Positions 1 to 10,860 of a stretch of 64,000 nucleotides of DNA are shown piece after piece. Origin of the DNA: an uncultured Lachnospiraceae bacterium (GTDB taxonomy: Bacteria > Bacillota > Clostridia > Lachnospirales > Lachnospiraceae). Positions within the stretch are counted from its first letter, which is position 1, and each line of letters starts with the position of its first letter. The notes beneath the pieces were generated by a model. The model ran no database searches. It had not been told where the DNA came from and saw nothing but the letters and a program-made list of their open reading frames with translations. The DNA lies in contig CAJTJY010000013.1 in the NCBI GenBank assembly GCA_910576975.1, forward strand, positions 10,523-74,522. The letters run 5' to 3'. The position numbers were made by a program, and so were the translations under genes.

Positions 1-1
1 G

Positions 2-1201
2 ACAATTATTTCTGGAAAAGGAATTGTAAAGAACTGGACAAGCGTTACGCTCCCCTATGCAGAAGCTGGCAGGAAATTTTATGTTCAGGTTTCGTCCAAT
101 AATGGGAATTGGGGGGCAGTGCATTGTACATATGATCTGACCGTCAATCAGACGCCGGCGTCAGATTGGGAAAACGAACCAAATGAGACGCTTTCTGAGG
201 CGAATCTGATTGCGACAAACAAGACGTTCCATGGCATGCTTATAAACGGACAAGATACAGATTGTTTCCAGTTTACAACGTCTGTCGGCGGATATTTTCA
301 GGTTCAGTTTGCGCACAATGCGGCAGACAATTCAGGCGTCGGCGATGGCTGGAATGTCTCTGTGCTCAATGACAAGGGGGAGACAATTATTTCTGAAGAA
401 CGAATTAAAAAGAACTGGACAAGCGTTACGCTCCCCTATGCAGAAGCTGGCAGGAAATTTTATGTTCAAGTTTCGCCCAATAATGGGAATTGGGGGGCGG
501 TATATTGTACATATGACTTGACTGTCAGCCAGACGAAGACATCCATATGGGAATCAGAGCCCAATGATACAAGAAAAGAAGCGACTGCCATCAAAGCAGG
601 AAAGACATATCATGGCATTACTGGAACAAGCAATGACGAGGATTTTTACAAATTGAGCGTGCCTGCATCTGGGAAATTAAAATTCAGGCTCAGTTCTCAT
701 AATGCAAATCCATTAGACAGCGTTGGTTATGGATGGGATCTTGTGGTATATGACAAGAAATCCAATTGGATCGCCGAGAAAAGAGGAATAAAGACGGAGG
801 ATTCTGTGACTCTTGAGGTGAAAAAGGGGACTTATTATGTAAAGATTACGAGAAGTTATTCCTGGGCGGCGCCGGTAGGATGCAGATACACCTTGTTAGC
901 AGACTATGTAAAAGCGCCTTCTGCGCCCAAGATTTCCGCTGTAAAAGCGGAGAAAAAATCAGCGCTCATAAAATGGAAAAAAGTATCTGGGGCAGATGGT
1001 TATTATGTATACCGCAGCACATCCCCAAAGAGCGGATTCCAAAAAGTGCAGACTCTGAAAAAAGCTTCCGCCCTTTCCTGGAAGAACAAGAAGCTGAAAT
1101 CCGGCAGGAAGTATTATTATAAAGTTGCCTCATATAAGAAAGTCAAGGGGATGATCGCTGTATCTTCTTATTCAGCGGTAAAACCCGTGAAAGTGAAATA
1201 G
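2..1201 (+). CDS. 5'-truncated surface protein with repeated pre-peptidase C-terminal (PPC)-like domains and a C-terminal fibronectin type III domain
   Basis: Frame is open from base 2; WExEPND..A repeats; nt 1-154 recur at 382-535 (381 bp period); C-terminal W.KV.GADGY.VYRS...KLKSG.KYYYKV FN3 pattern. Confidence 0.8.
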   Translation, partial: TIISGKGIVKNWTSVTLPYAEAGRKFYVQVSSNNGNWGAVHCTYDLTVNQTPASDWENEPNETLSEANLIATNKTFHGMLINGQDTDCFQFTTSVGGYFQVQFAHNAADNSGVGDGWNVSVLNDKGETIISEERIKKNWTSVTLPYAEAGRKFYVQVSPNNGNWGAVYCTYDLTVSQTKTSIWESEPNDTRKEATAIKAGKTYHGITGTSNDEDFYKLSVPASGKLKFRLSSHNANPLDSVGYGWDLVVYDKKSNWIAEKRGIKTEDSVTLEVKKGTYYVKITRSYSWAAPVGCRYTLLADYVKAPSAPKISAVKAEKKSALIKWKKVSGADGYYVYRSTSPKSGFQKVQTLKKASALSWKNKKLKSGRKYYYKVASYKKVKGMIAVSSYSAVKPVKVK

Positions 1202-1288
1202 AATATATTTTTGACAAAAAACTTCTCGCAAAGTCAGGAGCAAAGAGGACTCGAGAGATTATAAAAGAATTAAGGAGGACAAAAGAAG

Positions 1289-1711
1289 TTGAAGATTTTA
1301 GGAATTATTGTGAAAGTTATTTTATCAATCATGTTAGGCATGTATATGTTATCTGATAGCGGCGTGATTTATTCCCTTGTCTGGGGAGGAATTATCTATG
1401 GAATGTTGTCATTTTGGGCATGGTATCTAAAAAAGAGAGGTTTCTCTTTTCGCATCTGGGTTGGGGAAAAAGGACTGCTTATGACATTGCTTTCAGTGGC
1501 GCTTGCCTTGTTTGCCCCATTGATTGTGCTTTCTCTTTTTGCAACAGCATTAAATTCCATCCTGCCAGGAATTGGGATGAACATTGCAGGAATCGTTATA
1601 ATTATTATATGCATGATATTTATTTTAAAAGACGCAGAAACAATCATTCAGATATTTAACCCCTCGTTTAAAATTTTTAAATCAGAGGATAAATCGGATT
1701 TTGAGGAGTAA
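1289..1711 (+). CDS. Small multi-pass membrane protein of unknown function
   Basis: AGGAGG RBS, TTG start, about four hydrophobic segments. Confidence 0.75.
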   Translation: MKILGIIVKVILSIMLGMYMLSDSGVIYSLVWGGIIYGMLSFWAWYLKKRGFSFRIWVGEKGLLMTLLSVALALFAPLIVLSLFATALNSILPGIGMNIAGIVIIIICMIFILKDAETIIQIFNPSFKIFKSEDKSDFEE

Positions 1712-1716
1712 GGAAG

Positions 1717-2784
1717 ATGAAGAAGAAAATTTATCAAAAATGTAGCATGAAACAGAAATGGATCAAATTAGCAGTGATAACATTCGTGCTTGCTTTGTCA
1801 TTTGTAAATATGAGCAGTATGCAAGCGAAAGCAGCCAATAATGATTTTACCATTAAAAATGGCGTTTTGGTTTCATACAATGGGAACGGCAAAGATGTTA
1901 AAATTCCCAATGGAGTAAAAGAAATTGGGAAGAAGGCTTTTTTCTGCAATAACAAAATAGAAAAGGTGACAATTCCAAAAGGAGTTACAAAAATTGGAGA
2001 TAGCGCCTTTACCAATTGTTCAAAGCTACATACTGTCACCGTGCCAAAAGGATTGAAAAAGATTGAGGACAGCGCTTTTTGGAATTGTACAAAATTGAAG
2101 AATATAACGATTCCAAAAGGGATAAAGGAAATTGGCAAAGGAACTTTTGCTTTTTGCGGATTTAAGAAAATCACTTTGCCAGAAGGGATAAAAAAGATTG
2201 GAGATATGGTTTTCTATGGTAGCAAATTGGAAAGTATAACAATTCCCAAGAGCATAAAGAAAATACCTGAAGGTGCATTCAGAGCAGGGAAGCTAAAAAA
2301 AATAGTAATAAAAGAAGGATGTACGAAAATTGAACACTGGGCGTTTTATTACTGTCAAAGCCTTACAAGCGTTACCCTCCCCAGCACCCTGAAAATAATA
2401 GAAGATGCTGCATTTTATGGCGCCGGAATCAAACAGATCACGATTCCTAAAAATGTCGAAATCATCATGGAGGATGCATTTGGACAATCCCCTCTGGAGA
2501 AAATAACGATCCCTAAAAAGACAAAAAGCGCTGATTATGCATTACAGTACTGCTTTGAATTAAAAGAGGTAACAATTCTCAATCCCGACTTAAAAATGAC
2601 ATATCTTTTTGGAAAGCCTGGGCAAAAAATAATTTTTAATAATACATTTGTAGAGTACAGAAAATTATACAATCCTTCTGTAATAAAAGGATATAAGGGC
2701 TCAACAGCAGAGAAGTTTGTCAAATATATTAATAATCATAAAAATTATTTTAATCATGAGACAACATTTAAAAAGATATCATAG
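1717..2784 (+). CDS. BspA-like leucine-rich repeat (LRR_5) secreted protein
   Basis: Signal peptide, DFTIKNGVLVSY cap, repeated IP.GV..IG..AF..C..L..VT units. Confidence 0.9.
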   Translation: MKKKIYQKCSMKQKWIKLAVITFVLALSFVNMSSMQAKAANNDFTIKNGVLVSYNGNGKDVKIPNGVKEIGKKAFFCNNKIEKVTIPKGVTKIGDSAFTNCSKLHTVTVPKGLKKIEDSAFWNCTKLKNITIPKGIKEIGKGTFAFCGFKKITLPEGIKKIGDMVFYGSKLESITIPKSIKKIPEGAFRAGKLKKIVIKEGCTKIEHWAFYYCQSLTSVTLPSTLKIIEDAAFYGAGIKQITIPKNVEIIMEDAFGQSPLEKITIPKKTKSADYALQYCFELKEVTILNPDLKMTYLFGKPGQKIIFNNTFVEYRKLYNPSVIKGYKGSTAEKFVKYINNHKNYFNHETTFKKIS

Positions 2785-2871
2785 GTTCTGTTGTTTTAGT
2801 ATTTTATGGCAATGGGAGCAAAAAAGAAGAAAGAACCATCCATATTAGAGCATAAAGGAGGAAGCGAGAGA

Positions 2872-5826
2872 ATGAGGAAACGAATCATGGCAGTTCTGCT
2901 TGCCGTATGCGTGATGGCGGGCGCTGCGCCCTGTGTGGAAGCAGATGTGCAGGCAGAGGAAATGGATACATATGTTGGGCTGGATGCGGAGTACCATACC
3001 CAGGATGAAATCAAAGAGTATTACAAAAATCATCCAATTAAAAATATGGAGGCAGAATTTGTCACAGAGCCTTCGGTGACAGCTCCCTATGCTTTGGGGG
3101 AACTGACAGAGGAGGCAAAGCAGGACGCCTTGAATGCGCTGAATTTTTATCGGTATATTGCAGGGGTTCCTCTTGTTTCGATTACCGAGGAAGCACAGAA
3201 TTATGCACAGGCGGCAGCTCTGGTATCTGCAATCAATAGGAACTTACAACATCATCCAGACCGTCCCGAAGGGATGGAGGACGCAATGTTCAGTCAGGCA
3301 TTTCACGGCGCTGCTTACTCGAATCTGACAAGCATAGACAATATATTGAGCCATTCGATGCTCGGCTGTATGCTGGAAGTAAACGGGAGCCCTACATTTG
3401 GTCATAGACGCAAGCTTCTGGATTATTATAATACAGAAGCCGGATTCGGCATGGTAAAGTCTTTTTCTGCAATTTTTGTGGATGCGAATCTTACAGAAGA
3501 TAAAGCGATCTCTTATCCCGGGCAAAACCAGCCTTTGGAATTTTTTGCGCCAGCGTATGCATGGACGGTAATCATTCCTGAGAGGGTAGATGAGTCAGCG
3601 GTAAATATCAGCGTCTCAAATGTGAAGACAGGAGAGGAATGGAATTTTAACAAAAGCGCCAAAAACCTCCGTCTGGCTGCTAGTACCAAAGGTACATGTG
3701 CAATATTTGCTCCGTCTACCGATTATCGGGAAGGAGATCAGTACAAGGTTGAGATTACAGGAATTACAAAACCCATTTCTTATGAGGTAAATATGTTTTG
3801 GGCGGGTGATCCCGTGCCGCTGGAATCAATCGCTTTTTCTACAGAGACCATTTCTTTCACTGAGGGGGGAACGTCTACTGGGCTAAGAGTAAAATATACG
3901 CCAGAAAATGCGTCGAATCAAGTTGTGACATGGACTTCCTCAAATCCAGATGTTGCAGAACCGCTGCGGACAGGCACGGGTATGTGCGACGTAATTGCAA
4001 AAAAGCCGGGGACAACGGTTTTTACGGCGACTTCTGATGAAGGCGGGCATACGGCAGAGATTACGGTTGAGGTAATACCAAAGCCGGCAAGCGTAGTGTT
4101 GAATGAGACGGAGCTGACAATCGGCGTCGGGCAGTCTTTCATACTAACGGGGACGACATTGCCGGAGGAATCGAACGACAGGTTATCTTTTTATACTGGC
4201 GAGAATGATTATGATGGAAATATTATTTCTATTTCTGCTGGATCTTACGGAAATGGGAAGAAGATAACAGGAAAGGCATTGGGCGAGACTTCCATTACAG
4301 CCTATGCGTCATATAACAAAGATGCCACGGCCGTTTGCAAGATTCGCGTGGTGGAACCTGTCGACATAACAGATCTATATTTTAAGGAAACAGAAATTGA
4401 GCTTATGGTAGGCGATGTGTTTCCACTGAACTTAGTGGCAGAACCAGAGAATACCACATGCCGGGGGTTTGATTGGGTATTAAGTCCGAGCGCTATTGCC
4501 GGACTAAAGGATGGAGTAGTAACTGCGGAAAAGAGAGGGGAAGCAAAGATTAAGGTTAAGGCTTTGGATGGCAGTGGCAAAGAAGCGCAGTGTACCGTAA
4601 AAGTATATGAGAAATATGAAAAGGCAGATGCGCCCGAGCTAGACTATGCCCTTACCCATGCAATAGCATTGAAAAAAGTCTGGGGATACGAATATTCCAT
4701 GGACTTAGAAAACTGGCAGAATTTACCAGAATTTACAAATCTTGAGCCAGGCCATGCATATACCTTTTATGCCCGCAAGCAAGACTCGGATAGATATTAC
4801 TTCAAAGCGGGTGATCCAAGCGAAGGCGTAGTCTTTTGGACAAAGGAGGAAGAGGCCTGCCTGCACACGGACACAGAGATCAGGAATGTGATCCAAGCGT
4901 CTTGCCTCGAAGGCGGGTATAGCGGAGATACTTACTGTAAAAACTGCGGAGCCAAGCTGTCTGAGGGAGAAGATACAAAGGCGGAAGGTCATTTGTATGT
5001 CGGCGAGGTAACCAAGGAACCGACAGTTACAGAGGAAGGGGTCAAGACTTATACTTGTGCCAAATGTCAGGATTCTTATACAGAGTCTATAAAAAAGCTG
5101 CCGTCTTCTGATGTTACTGCAGAAAATATAAGCGGGGCGGTGGTTACGCTTTCTAAGGGCATATGTAATTACACTGGCAAGGCACAAGAGCCAAGAGTAA
5201 AAATGGTAAAATTAGGACAGCAGATCTTAGATCCGGACATAGATTATACCGTGATCTATCAGAATAACGTGAATATTGGAACAGCGTCCGTCATCATAAC
5301 AGGAAAAGGGCATTATACCGGAAGCGTAACAAAGAACTTTTCAATTACTGCAAAAAAGGGCAGCCGTTTTGCCGCAGGCGCCTATAAGTATCAGATTACG
5401 GGTGCTTCGGAGGCGGCGTTTGCGGGTTTGAGCAGCGCTAAGACTGCCAAGGTCGCCATTCCTAAGACGGTAAAAATCGGAGGCAGGATATTTAAAGTGA
5501 CGTCTGTTGCCAAGAACGCTTTAAAGAAAACCAAAATAATCAGCGTGTCGATCGGAGACAATGTAAAGGTCATTGGCGTATCTGCATTTGAAGGCTGTGC
5601 GAAGCTTGGCAAGGCAACGCTTGGGAAAGGCGTTACAGAGATCGGAGGATCAGCATTTAAAAACTGTGACAAGCTGAGAACCATAACCATAAAATCCACG
5701 AAATTGAGAAAAGTCGGCAAGAATGCTCTCAAAGGGGTAAAGCCCGCGGCAAAGATCAAGGTTCCGGCAAGCAAACTGCCTGCATATAAAAAACTGTTCA
5801 AAAACAAAGGGAAAGTGAAATTTTAA
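2872..5826 (+). CDS. Large secreted protein: CAP/SCP-like N-terminus, Ig-like (Big_2) repeats, C-terminal LRR_5
   Basis: Start moved to ATG 2872 after AAAGGAGG; ALNALNFYRYIAG and GHRRKLL (CAP-like); VTWTSSNPDVA (Big_2); IG..AF.GC.KL LRRs. Confidence 0.8.
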   Translation: MRKRIMAVLLAVCVMAGAAPCVEADVQAEEMDTYVGLDAEYHTQDEIKEYYKNHPIKNMEAEFVTEPSVTAPYALGELTEEAKQDALNALNFYRYIAGVPLVSITEEAQNYAQAAALVSAINRNLQHHPDRPEGMEDAMFSQAFHGAAYSNLTSIDNILSHSMLGCMLEVNGSPTFGHRRKLLDYYNTEAGFGMVKSFSAIFVDANLTEDKAISYPGQNQPLEFFAPAYAWTVIIPERVDESAVNISVSNVKTGEEWNFNKSAKNLRLAASTKGTCAIFAPSTDYREGDQYKVEITGITKPISYEVNMFWAGDPVPLESIAFSTETISFTEGGTSTGLRVKYTPENASNQVVTWTSSNPDVAEPLRTGTGMCDVIAKKPGTTVFTATSDEGGHTAEITVEVIPKPASVVLNETELTIGVGQSFILTGTTLPEESNDRLSFYTGENDYDGNIISISAGSYGNGKKITGKALGETSITAYASYNKDATAVCKIRVVEPVDITDLYFKETEIELMVGDVFPLNLVAEPENTTCRGFDWVLSPSAIAGLKDGVVTAEKRGEAKIKVKALDGSGKEAQCTVKVYEKYEKADAPELDYALTHAIALKKVWGYEYSMDLENWQNLPEFTNLEPGHAYTFYARKQDSDRYYFKAGDPSEGVVFWTKEEEACLHTDTEIRNVIQASCLEGGYSGDTYCKNCGAKLSEGEDTKAEGHLYVGEVTKEPTVTEEGVKTYTCAKCQDSYTESIKKLPSSDVTAENISGAVVTLSKGICNYTGKAQEPRVKMVKLGQQILDPDIDYTVIYQNNVNIGTASVIITGKGHYTGSVTKNFSITAKKGSRFAAGAYKYQITGASEAAFAGLSSAKTAKVAIPKTVKIGGRIFKVTSVAKNALKKTKIISVSIGDNVKVIGVSAFEGCAKLGKATLGKGVTEIGGSAFKNCDKLRTITIKSTKLRKVGKNALKGVKPAAKIKVPASKLPAYKKLFKNKGKVKF

Positions 5827-5870
5827 TTACGAATTGCAAAATAGGGAAACTCAAAGTTTCATGAGACATC

Positions 5871-5922
5871 TTGACAAACATACCAACAGTATGGTATGGT
5901 AAATACATACTATTGGTATGTT
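5871..5922 (+). promoter_or_regulatory. Sigma-A promoter overlapped by two palindromic operators, likely for the TetR regulator
   Basis: TTGACA 5871-5876 and TG-N-TATGGT; CATAC-N5-GTATG at 5879-5893 and 5906-5920. Confidence 0.7.
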
Positions 5923-5938
5923 GAGGAGGTGAGGAAGC

Positions 5939-6595
5939 ATGGCGCGAAACAAGCATCCAGAAGAAACGGTTCAGTTAATTTTGGACGTTGCTTTTCGCTT
6001 ATTTATAGAAAAGGGATATGAGCATACGTCCATTCAGGACATTATCGATCATTTAGGCGGTCTTAGCAAAGGCGCCATCTATCATCATTTTAAGTCAAAG
6101 GAAGATATTTTAGTTGCTGTTACAGACATGATGACATCTGAATCGAATCAGATGCTTGCAGTTATTCGTGACCGTTCTGACCTTAGCGGCAAAGAGAAGT
6201 TGAAGACCATTTTTAGAGAATCAATCATCCGACCGGTTCAGAACGATATTTTTACGGTAGCTCCAGATTTTCACAATAACCCAAAGCTTCTATTCAGCCT
6301 TTTGCATGATACCATAGAAAACGTGGCGCCAAACTATATTTTGCCGATCATAGAGCAGGGTATCTCAGACGGTTCGATACAAACGGATTATCCAGAGCAA
6401 TTGGCGGAGCTGATTTTACTTGCGGCAAATGTCTGGATGAATCCTATGATATTTGATAGTTCCGAGGAAGATTCCTACGGTAAGTTCATGGTGTTCAGAC
6501 AGATGCTGCAAGGCTTTGGACTGGATATTGTAGATAGCGAAATATTAGAGCGACTGCAGGAGCTGACATCCATTTATCAGAAAAACAAGCGATAG
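5939..6595 (+). CDS. TetR/AcrR family transcriptional regulator
   Basis: N-terminal HTH: LF.EKGYE.TSI.DI...GLSKGAIYHHFKSKEDI. Confidence 0.95.
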   Translation: MARNKHPEETVQLILDVAFRLFIEKGYEHTSIQDIIDHLGGLSKGAIYHHFKSKEDILVAVTDMMTSESNQMLAVIRDRSDLSGKEKLKTIFRESIIRPVQNDIFTVAPDFHNNPKLLFSLLHDTIENVAPNYILPIIEQGISDGSIQTDYPEQLAELILLAANVWMNPMIFDSSEEDSYGKFMVFRQMLQGFGLDIVDSEILERLQELTSIYQKNKR

Positions 6596-6829
6596 AAAGC
6601 GCAATTTGCGAGATGCTAATGCGATCAGTCAAATTCTGCCCTGTAACAGGGGCAGATATATTTTGACACCATACATACCAACGTGCGGTACTGAAAGAAG
6701 ACCTTAGGAAGACGATTGCAGATAGATCAGAGGCATTGCTTTTGATTGGATTTGTAAATTTTGATAAAAAACATACTTTATAGTATTCTCTTGAAATGGA
6801 GCAAATATAGAAAAATGGAGGTTTAAAAT

Positions 6830-8077
6830 ATGAATCAAAAACTATTTTCAAAAGATTTTACGTTAGTTGTCATTGGTCAGATTATCTCTTTGTTTGGCAA
6901 TGCGACGATAAGATTTGCTTTGCCGCTCTATTTATTAAATTTGACAGGCTCATCTGCACTTTACGGAACGGTTACTGCGTGTGCCTTTATTCCGGCTATT
7001 TTGCTGTCGCCCGTTGGCGGCATTGTTGCAGACAGGATTAATAAGAGAAATATCATGGTAATCCTGGATTTTTTTACGGCGGCAGTAATCTTAGCGTTTA
7101 CCCTGCTCATGAATGGAGCGAACCTGATTCTTCTGCTGACGGTTACGCTGATGCTTCTATATGGTATTGCGGGCGCATATCAGCCGTCTGTGCAGGCAAG
7201 CATTCCTGCGCTTGCCGATCAAGATAATTTTATGGCGGCAAATTCTATTATCAATACGATCAGCTCGTTTGCATCTTTGATAGGTCCTGTGCTGGGAGGC
7301 GTTTTATACAGTGCATATGGTTTAAAGCCTGTCTTGTGGGTTTGCATGGTTTGCTTTTTGATGTCGGCAGTTATGGAAATTTTCATTAAGATACCATTCC
7401 AGAAACAAGCTTCAGATGGCGGCATACTAAAGACAGCGAGAACCGATTTTGCGGAGAGCATCCACTTTATCCGAAAGGAGAAGCCTGTGATCGGAAAAGC
7501 CGTTCTCGTAATCTGTGGAATTAATTTGTTCCTTGCTGCAATGATTATCGTCGCACTTCCATATCTGGTAACGGAGGTACTAGATATAGAGCCTTCACAG
7601 GCAAATAGATTGTATGGATTTGCACAGGGGGCATTGGCGGCAGGAGGATTGGCAGGAGGGATCGGAGCAGGAGTTTTTGCAAGCAAACTGGCGATTCATA
7701 AGTCGGGCAATCTGGTAATCGCCTGTGCGGCATGTGTGTTTCCTATTGGCGTTTCATTGATCCTGTTCTCATCTGCAATCATAAATTATATCGTCGTAAC
7801 CGTATGCTGCTTTTTGATCATGGTATGTTCAACGCTTTTCACCGTGCAGATGATGTCCTTTATTCAAACAGAAACCCCGCAAAATTTAATTGGAAAGGTG
7901 ATTGCAGTGATTTTTACGGTTTCCATGTGTGCGCAGCCATTGGGCAATGCATTCTATGGCGTCCTGTTTGAAATTTGTAAAGGATGTGAGTTTGTGCCTG
8001 TGTTATTTTCGGGCGTGGTATCGCTTATAATTGCCATTAACGCAAGAAATATCTTTCAAAGATTTTCGGCGCAATGA
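6830..8077 (+). CDS. MFS transporter (macrolide-efflux/DHA3-like)
   Basis: About 12 TM segments; motif A-like GGIVADRINKRNIM. Confidence 0.9.
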   Translation: MNQKLFSKDFTLVVIGQIISLFGNATIRFALPLYLLNLTGSSALYGTVTACAFIPAILLSPVGGIVADRINKRNIMVILDFFTAAVILAFTLLMNGANLILLLTVTLMLLYGIAGAYQPSVQASIPALADQDNFMAANSIINTISSFASLIGPVLGGVLYSAYGLKPVLWVCMVCFLMSAVMEIFIKIPFQKQASDGGILKTARTDFAESIHFIRKEKPVIGKAVLVICGINLFLAAMIIVALPYLVTEVLDIEPSQANRLYGFAQGALAAGGLAGGIGAGVFASKLAIHKSGNLVIACAACVFPIGVSLILFSSAIINYIVVTVCCFLIMVCSTLFTVQMMSFIQTETPQNLIGKVIAVIFTVSMCAQPLGNAFYGVLFEICKGCEFVPVLFSGVVSLIIAINARNIFQRFSAQ

Positions 8078-8255
8078 TCATCAAAGGCGGCAATGAAATG
8101 AGCTTGTGGCGTAAATTACAGTGTTTTATACATAACTAGATTCTTTTTTATAAAGCCTATTCCCTCTGAAAACTTATTGCGCTATAATGGATCCAGTAAC
8201 GAATCGGGAGTTGTGCGCCTGTCATTGACAAGGCGTACGAAAGGAGATACGCATA

Positions 8256-8816
8256 ATGAGTGAGATGATGGAATTTTCTAACAGAGAAGAATTCAGGAAA
8301 TGGCTTTGTGAGCATTGCTTGTCTGAGGACGGCGTTTGGCTTTTGTTTGGCAAAAGTGGCGGACCCAAAACAATAAAAGCAGCAGATGCCCTTGAGGAAG
8401 CCCTTTGCTTTGGATGGATCGACGGGCAAATGAAGAGCATTGATGATAAAGCATATAAAAAATATTTTTCTATGCGTAGAGCAAAGAGCAAATGGTCAGA
8501 GAAAAATAAGACCTTGGTAAAAAGTCTTGAAGAACGAGGACTTATGACGGAGCATGGCAGAAAGAAAATAGAGGAAGCTAAAAAAAATGGGCAGTGGGAC
8601 GCTCCAAAACCCATGCCCGTTACAGAGGAACAAATCGCCTGCCTGTCCTCATTGCTCGAAGGTTATGAGCCTGCTTTTACAAATTTCGAGGCTATGTCCC
8701 TCTCTGTAAAGAAAACCTACGCACGGGCATATTTTGACGCAAAGACAGAATCTGGACGGGAAAAGAGAATCGCCTGGATGGTCGGCAGGCTCAATCAAAA
8801 TCTAAAGCCGATGTAG
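8256..8816 (+). CDS. YdeI/OmpD-associated family protein
   Basis: FR.WL..H, ALEEALCFGWIDG and S.WSE.NK motifs. Confidence 0.9.
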   Translation: MSEMMEFSNREEFRKWLCEHCLSEDGVWLLFGKSGGPKTIKAADALEEALCFGWIDGQMKSIDDKAYKKYFSMRRAKSKWSEKNKTLVKSLEERGLMTEHGRKKIEEAKKNGQWDAPKPMPVTEEQIACLSSLLEGYEPAFTNFEAMSLSVKKTYARAYFDAKTESGREKRIAWMVGRLNQNLKPM

Positions 8817-9009
8817 GTCAATGGAGTAGCAGGAAACCAGAAAAGGCATCCTGCTTTTTCTATGTCAGAAATTCGAAGAGAAGAGGACGAGCACTAGTGT
8901 ACTGACACGAGACTTCCCAACGAATGGTTGAATTGTTAAAATTCAACTGTTGGTTCGTGTGAAAAACCTATGATTGCGTGTATCATCTAAGACGAAAGGA
9001 GAGAACGTT

Positions 9010-9831
9010 ATGAACCAAATAGAAATTGGAAAATTTATTGCCAAATGCCGAAAAGAGAAAAAATTAACCCAAGCGCAGTTGGCGGAAAAACTGAATATTA
9101 CAGATAGAGCCGTATCTAAATGGGAAACAGGAAAGAGCATGCCAGACTCATCTATCATGTTAGAACTTTGTGAGATATTGGGAATCACAGTAAACGAGCT
9201 GTTAAGCGGAGAGGAAATCAATATGGAAAACTTAAAAAAGAAAGCGGACGAAAATTTGATTGCTTTGAAAAGAAAAGAGGAAAATTACATAGCAAAGAAT
9301 GTAGTGATTTCCATTCTTTTTTCGGCAACGCTTTTCATAGGAATAATGGTGTGTCTTATTTGTAATATCGCAATATCGGGTGATTTTACTTGGTCACTGC
9401 TTCCGGTCAGTTCTATTGTTTTTGCATGGGTTATTATTTTTCCAAGCATTATATTGGGAAAGAGGGGAATCATCATAAGCTTCCTATCGCTGAGTGTCTT
9501 CCTTGTTCCATATCTGTTTTTGCTGAGTAATCTCATAAATGTAAAAGAAGTATTTTCAGTTGGAGCAGTACTTGCAGTGGCTGCGATCGTTTTCATGTGG
9601 ATCATGGTAGCAGTTTATCATCGTTTCAGAAAAACAAGCAAATTGGTTGCATTAGCAATTATTTTTTTATTGACAATTCCATTTATGTTTCTTATCAATA
9701 TAATGTTATCAAAAATGATAGCAGAGCCTATTCTTGATATATGGGATATCTTGTCTGCCTTTATACTGATCATATTGGCATTTGCTTCCTTTGTTTGTGA
9801 TTATGCAAAGAAAAAGGGAGTAATAAAATAG
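9010..9831 (+). CDS. XRE-family HTH regulator with C-terminal membrane domain
   Basis: AAAGGAG RBS; IGKFIAKCRKEKKLTQAQLAEKLNITDRAVSKWETG; several TM helices. Confidence 0.9.
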   Translation: MNQIEIGKFIAKCRKEKKLTQAQLAEKLNITDRAVSKWETGKSMPDSSIMLELCEILGITVNELLSGEEINMENLKKKADENLIALKRKEENYIAKNVVISILFSATLFIGIMVCLICNIAISGDFTWSLLPVSSIVFAWVIIFPSIILGKRGIIISFLSLSVFLVPYLFLLSNLINVKEVFSVGAVLAVAAIVFMWIMVAVYHRFRKTSKLVALAIIFLLTIPFMFLINIMLSKMIAEPILDIWDILSAFILIILAFASFVCDYAKKKGVIK

Positions 9832-9991
9832 TGACGTGAAACAGATCAGAAAATCAGGATTTGGAGATGAATTTCTTGAACTTTCCTTATTTTTCAAGGC
9901 TTTTAGAGCCTTATATAGTGAATTGATATGTATTTTCCCTTGTTTTTGCCCTTATGGGTATTTTACAAGGGAAAGTTTGTGTGAAATGTAC

Positions 9992-10132
9992 TTAATCGTT
10001 GCCTGCCACTTTATCCAAAAGCCTTGCGGAAGTCCGCTTCGCTTCCCTTGTGGCATGGGCATACACATTCATTGTGGTACTCACGTCACAGTTTATATTG
10101 ATTTGAGATAATAATTCTGCTTCATATCCCAT
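9992..10132 (-). pseudogene. Tyrosine integrase C-terminal remnant fused to the first 15 codons of another gene
   Basis: Translates MGYEAELLSQININC+DVSTTMNVYAHATREAKRTSARLLDKVAGND*; TTMNVYAH is the catalytic-Tyr region of Tn916-like integrases; not in the ORF track. Confidence 0.85.
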
Positions 10133-10164
10133 GTTAAACACCTCCTCGATAATCTATTATAATA

Positions 10165-10755
10165 TTACCAATCACCCCAAAGAACGGATTTTCCATCTGT
10201 CAATTTCCATCCCCTTAATATTTTGTCATATTCAATCCATTCTCCCGCCGCCGTTAATGTTGCAATATAGCGTTGAACGGAACGCTGCGAAATATCCAGT
10301 TCTTCGGATAACTGAACTGTTGTAATGCCGGGGCAACAGCGGATTTTGCTTAATATCACAATCGCATTTGCCAGTGTGGCACTGAAATTTACTGTTTTCT
10401 TATGGCTACAGTAAGCCGATAAAAGAATATACTTTAAATCCTGACAGAGTTCCTCAAAACCGAAATATACTTTTATTCGTTTTTTTAGCTGTTTTGGAAC
10501 GTCTGTATTTCCCACAACAATAATTGCTTCCAAAGCATTTGTACCTACTTCAAGATAATAATTCCACAGCATTTTAAAATCCTCATCTGCTACAGAAGCA
10601 GCATGAATTAAAATTGCATATGAGTTACAAGCTACCAAATCTGTAAAGCACTCTGTTGATACCAAAACGCTTTTCTTATCAGGCAGCATTTTCCCTATGA
10701 TATTTTCCTCTATGGCAGTAAATCCATAGGTGAAAATATAGTATGTCCGAAGCAC
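10165..10755 (-). CDS. Protein with C-terminal winged HTH (HTH_11-like), putative regulator
   Basis: GGAGGTGA RBS before GTG at 10755; PGITTVQLSEELDISQRSVQRYIATL. Confidence 0.75.
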   Translation of the reverse strand: MLRTYYIFTYGFTAIEENIIGKMLPDKKSVLVSTECFTDLVACNSYAILIHAASVADEDFKMLWNYYLEVGTNALEAIIVVGNTDVPKQLKKRIKVYFGFEELCQDLKYILLSAYCSHKKTVNFSATLANAIVILSKIRCCPGITTVQLSEELDISQRSVQRYIATLTAAGEWIEYDKILRGWKLTDGKSVLWGDW

Positions 10756-10860
10756 TCTTTCACCTCCACTATCCAAATTATACCACAACATCACGCCAAC
10801 AGTATTGCGTAATGCCAAAAAATTATTTTCTAGGCATTTATTTTAAATTTTGAAAAATGA

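Noticed and set aside
9836..10111. 91 aa plus-strand ORF
   Set aside because: Spans the att-like end and the antisense integrase stump; not a plausible gene.
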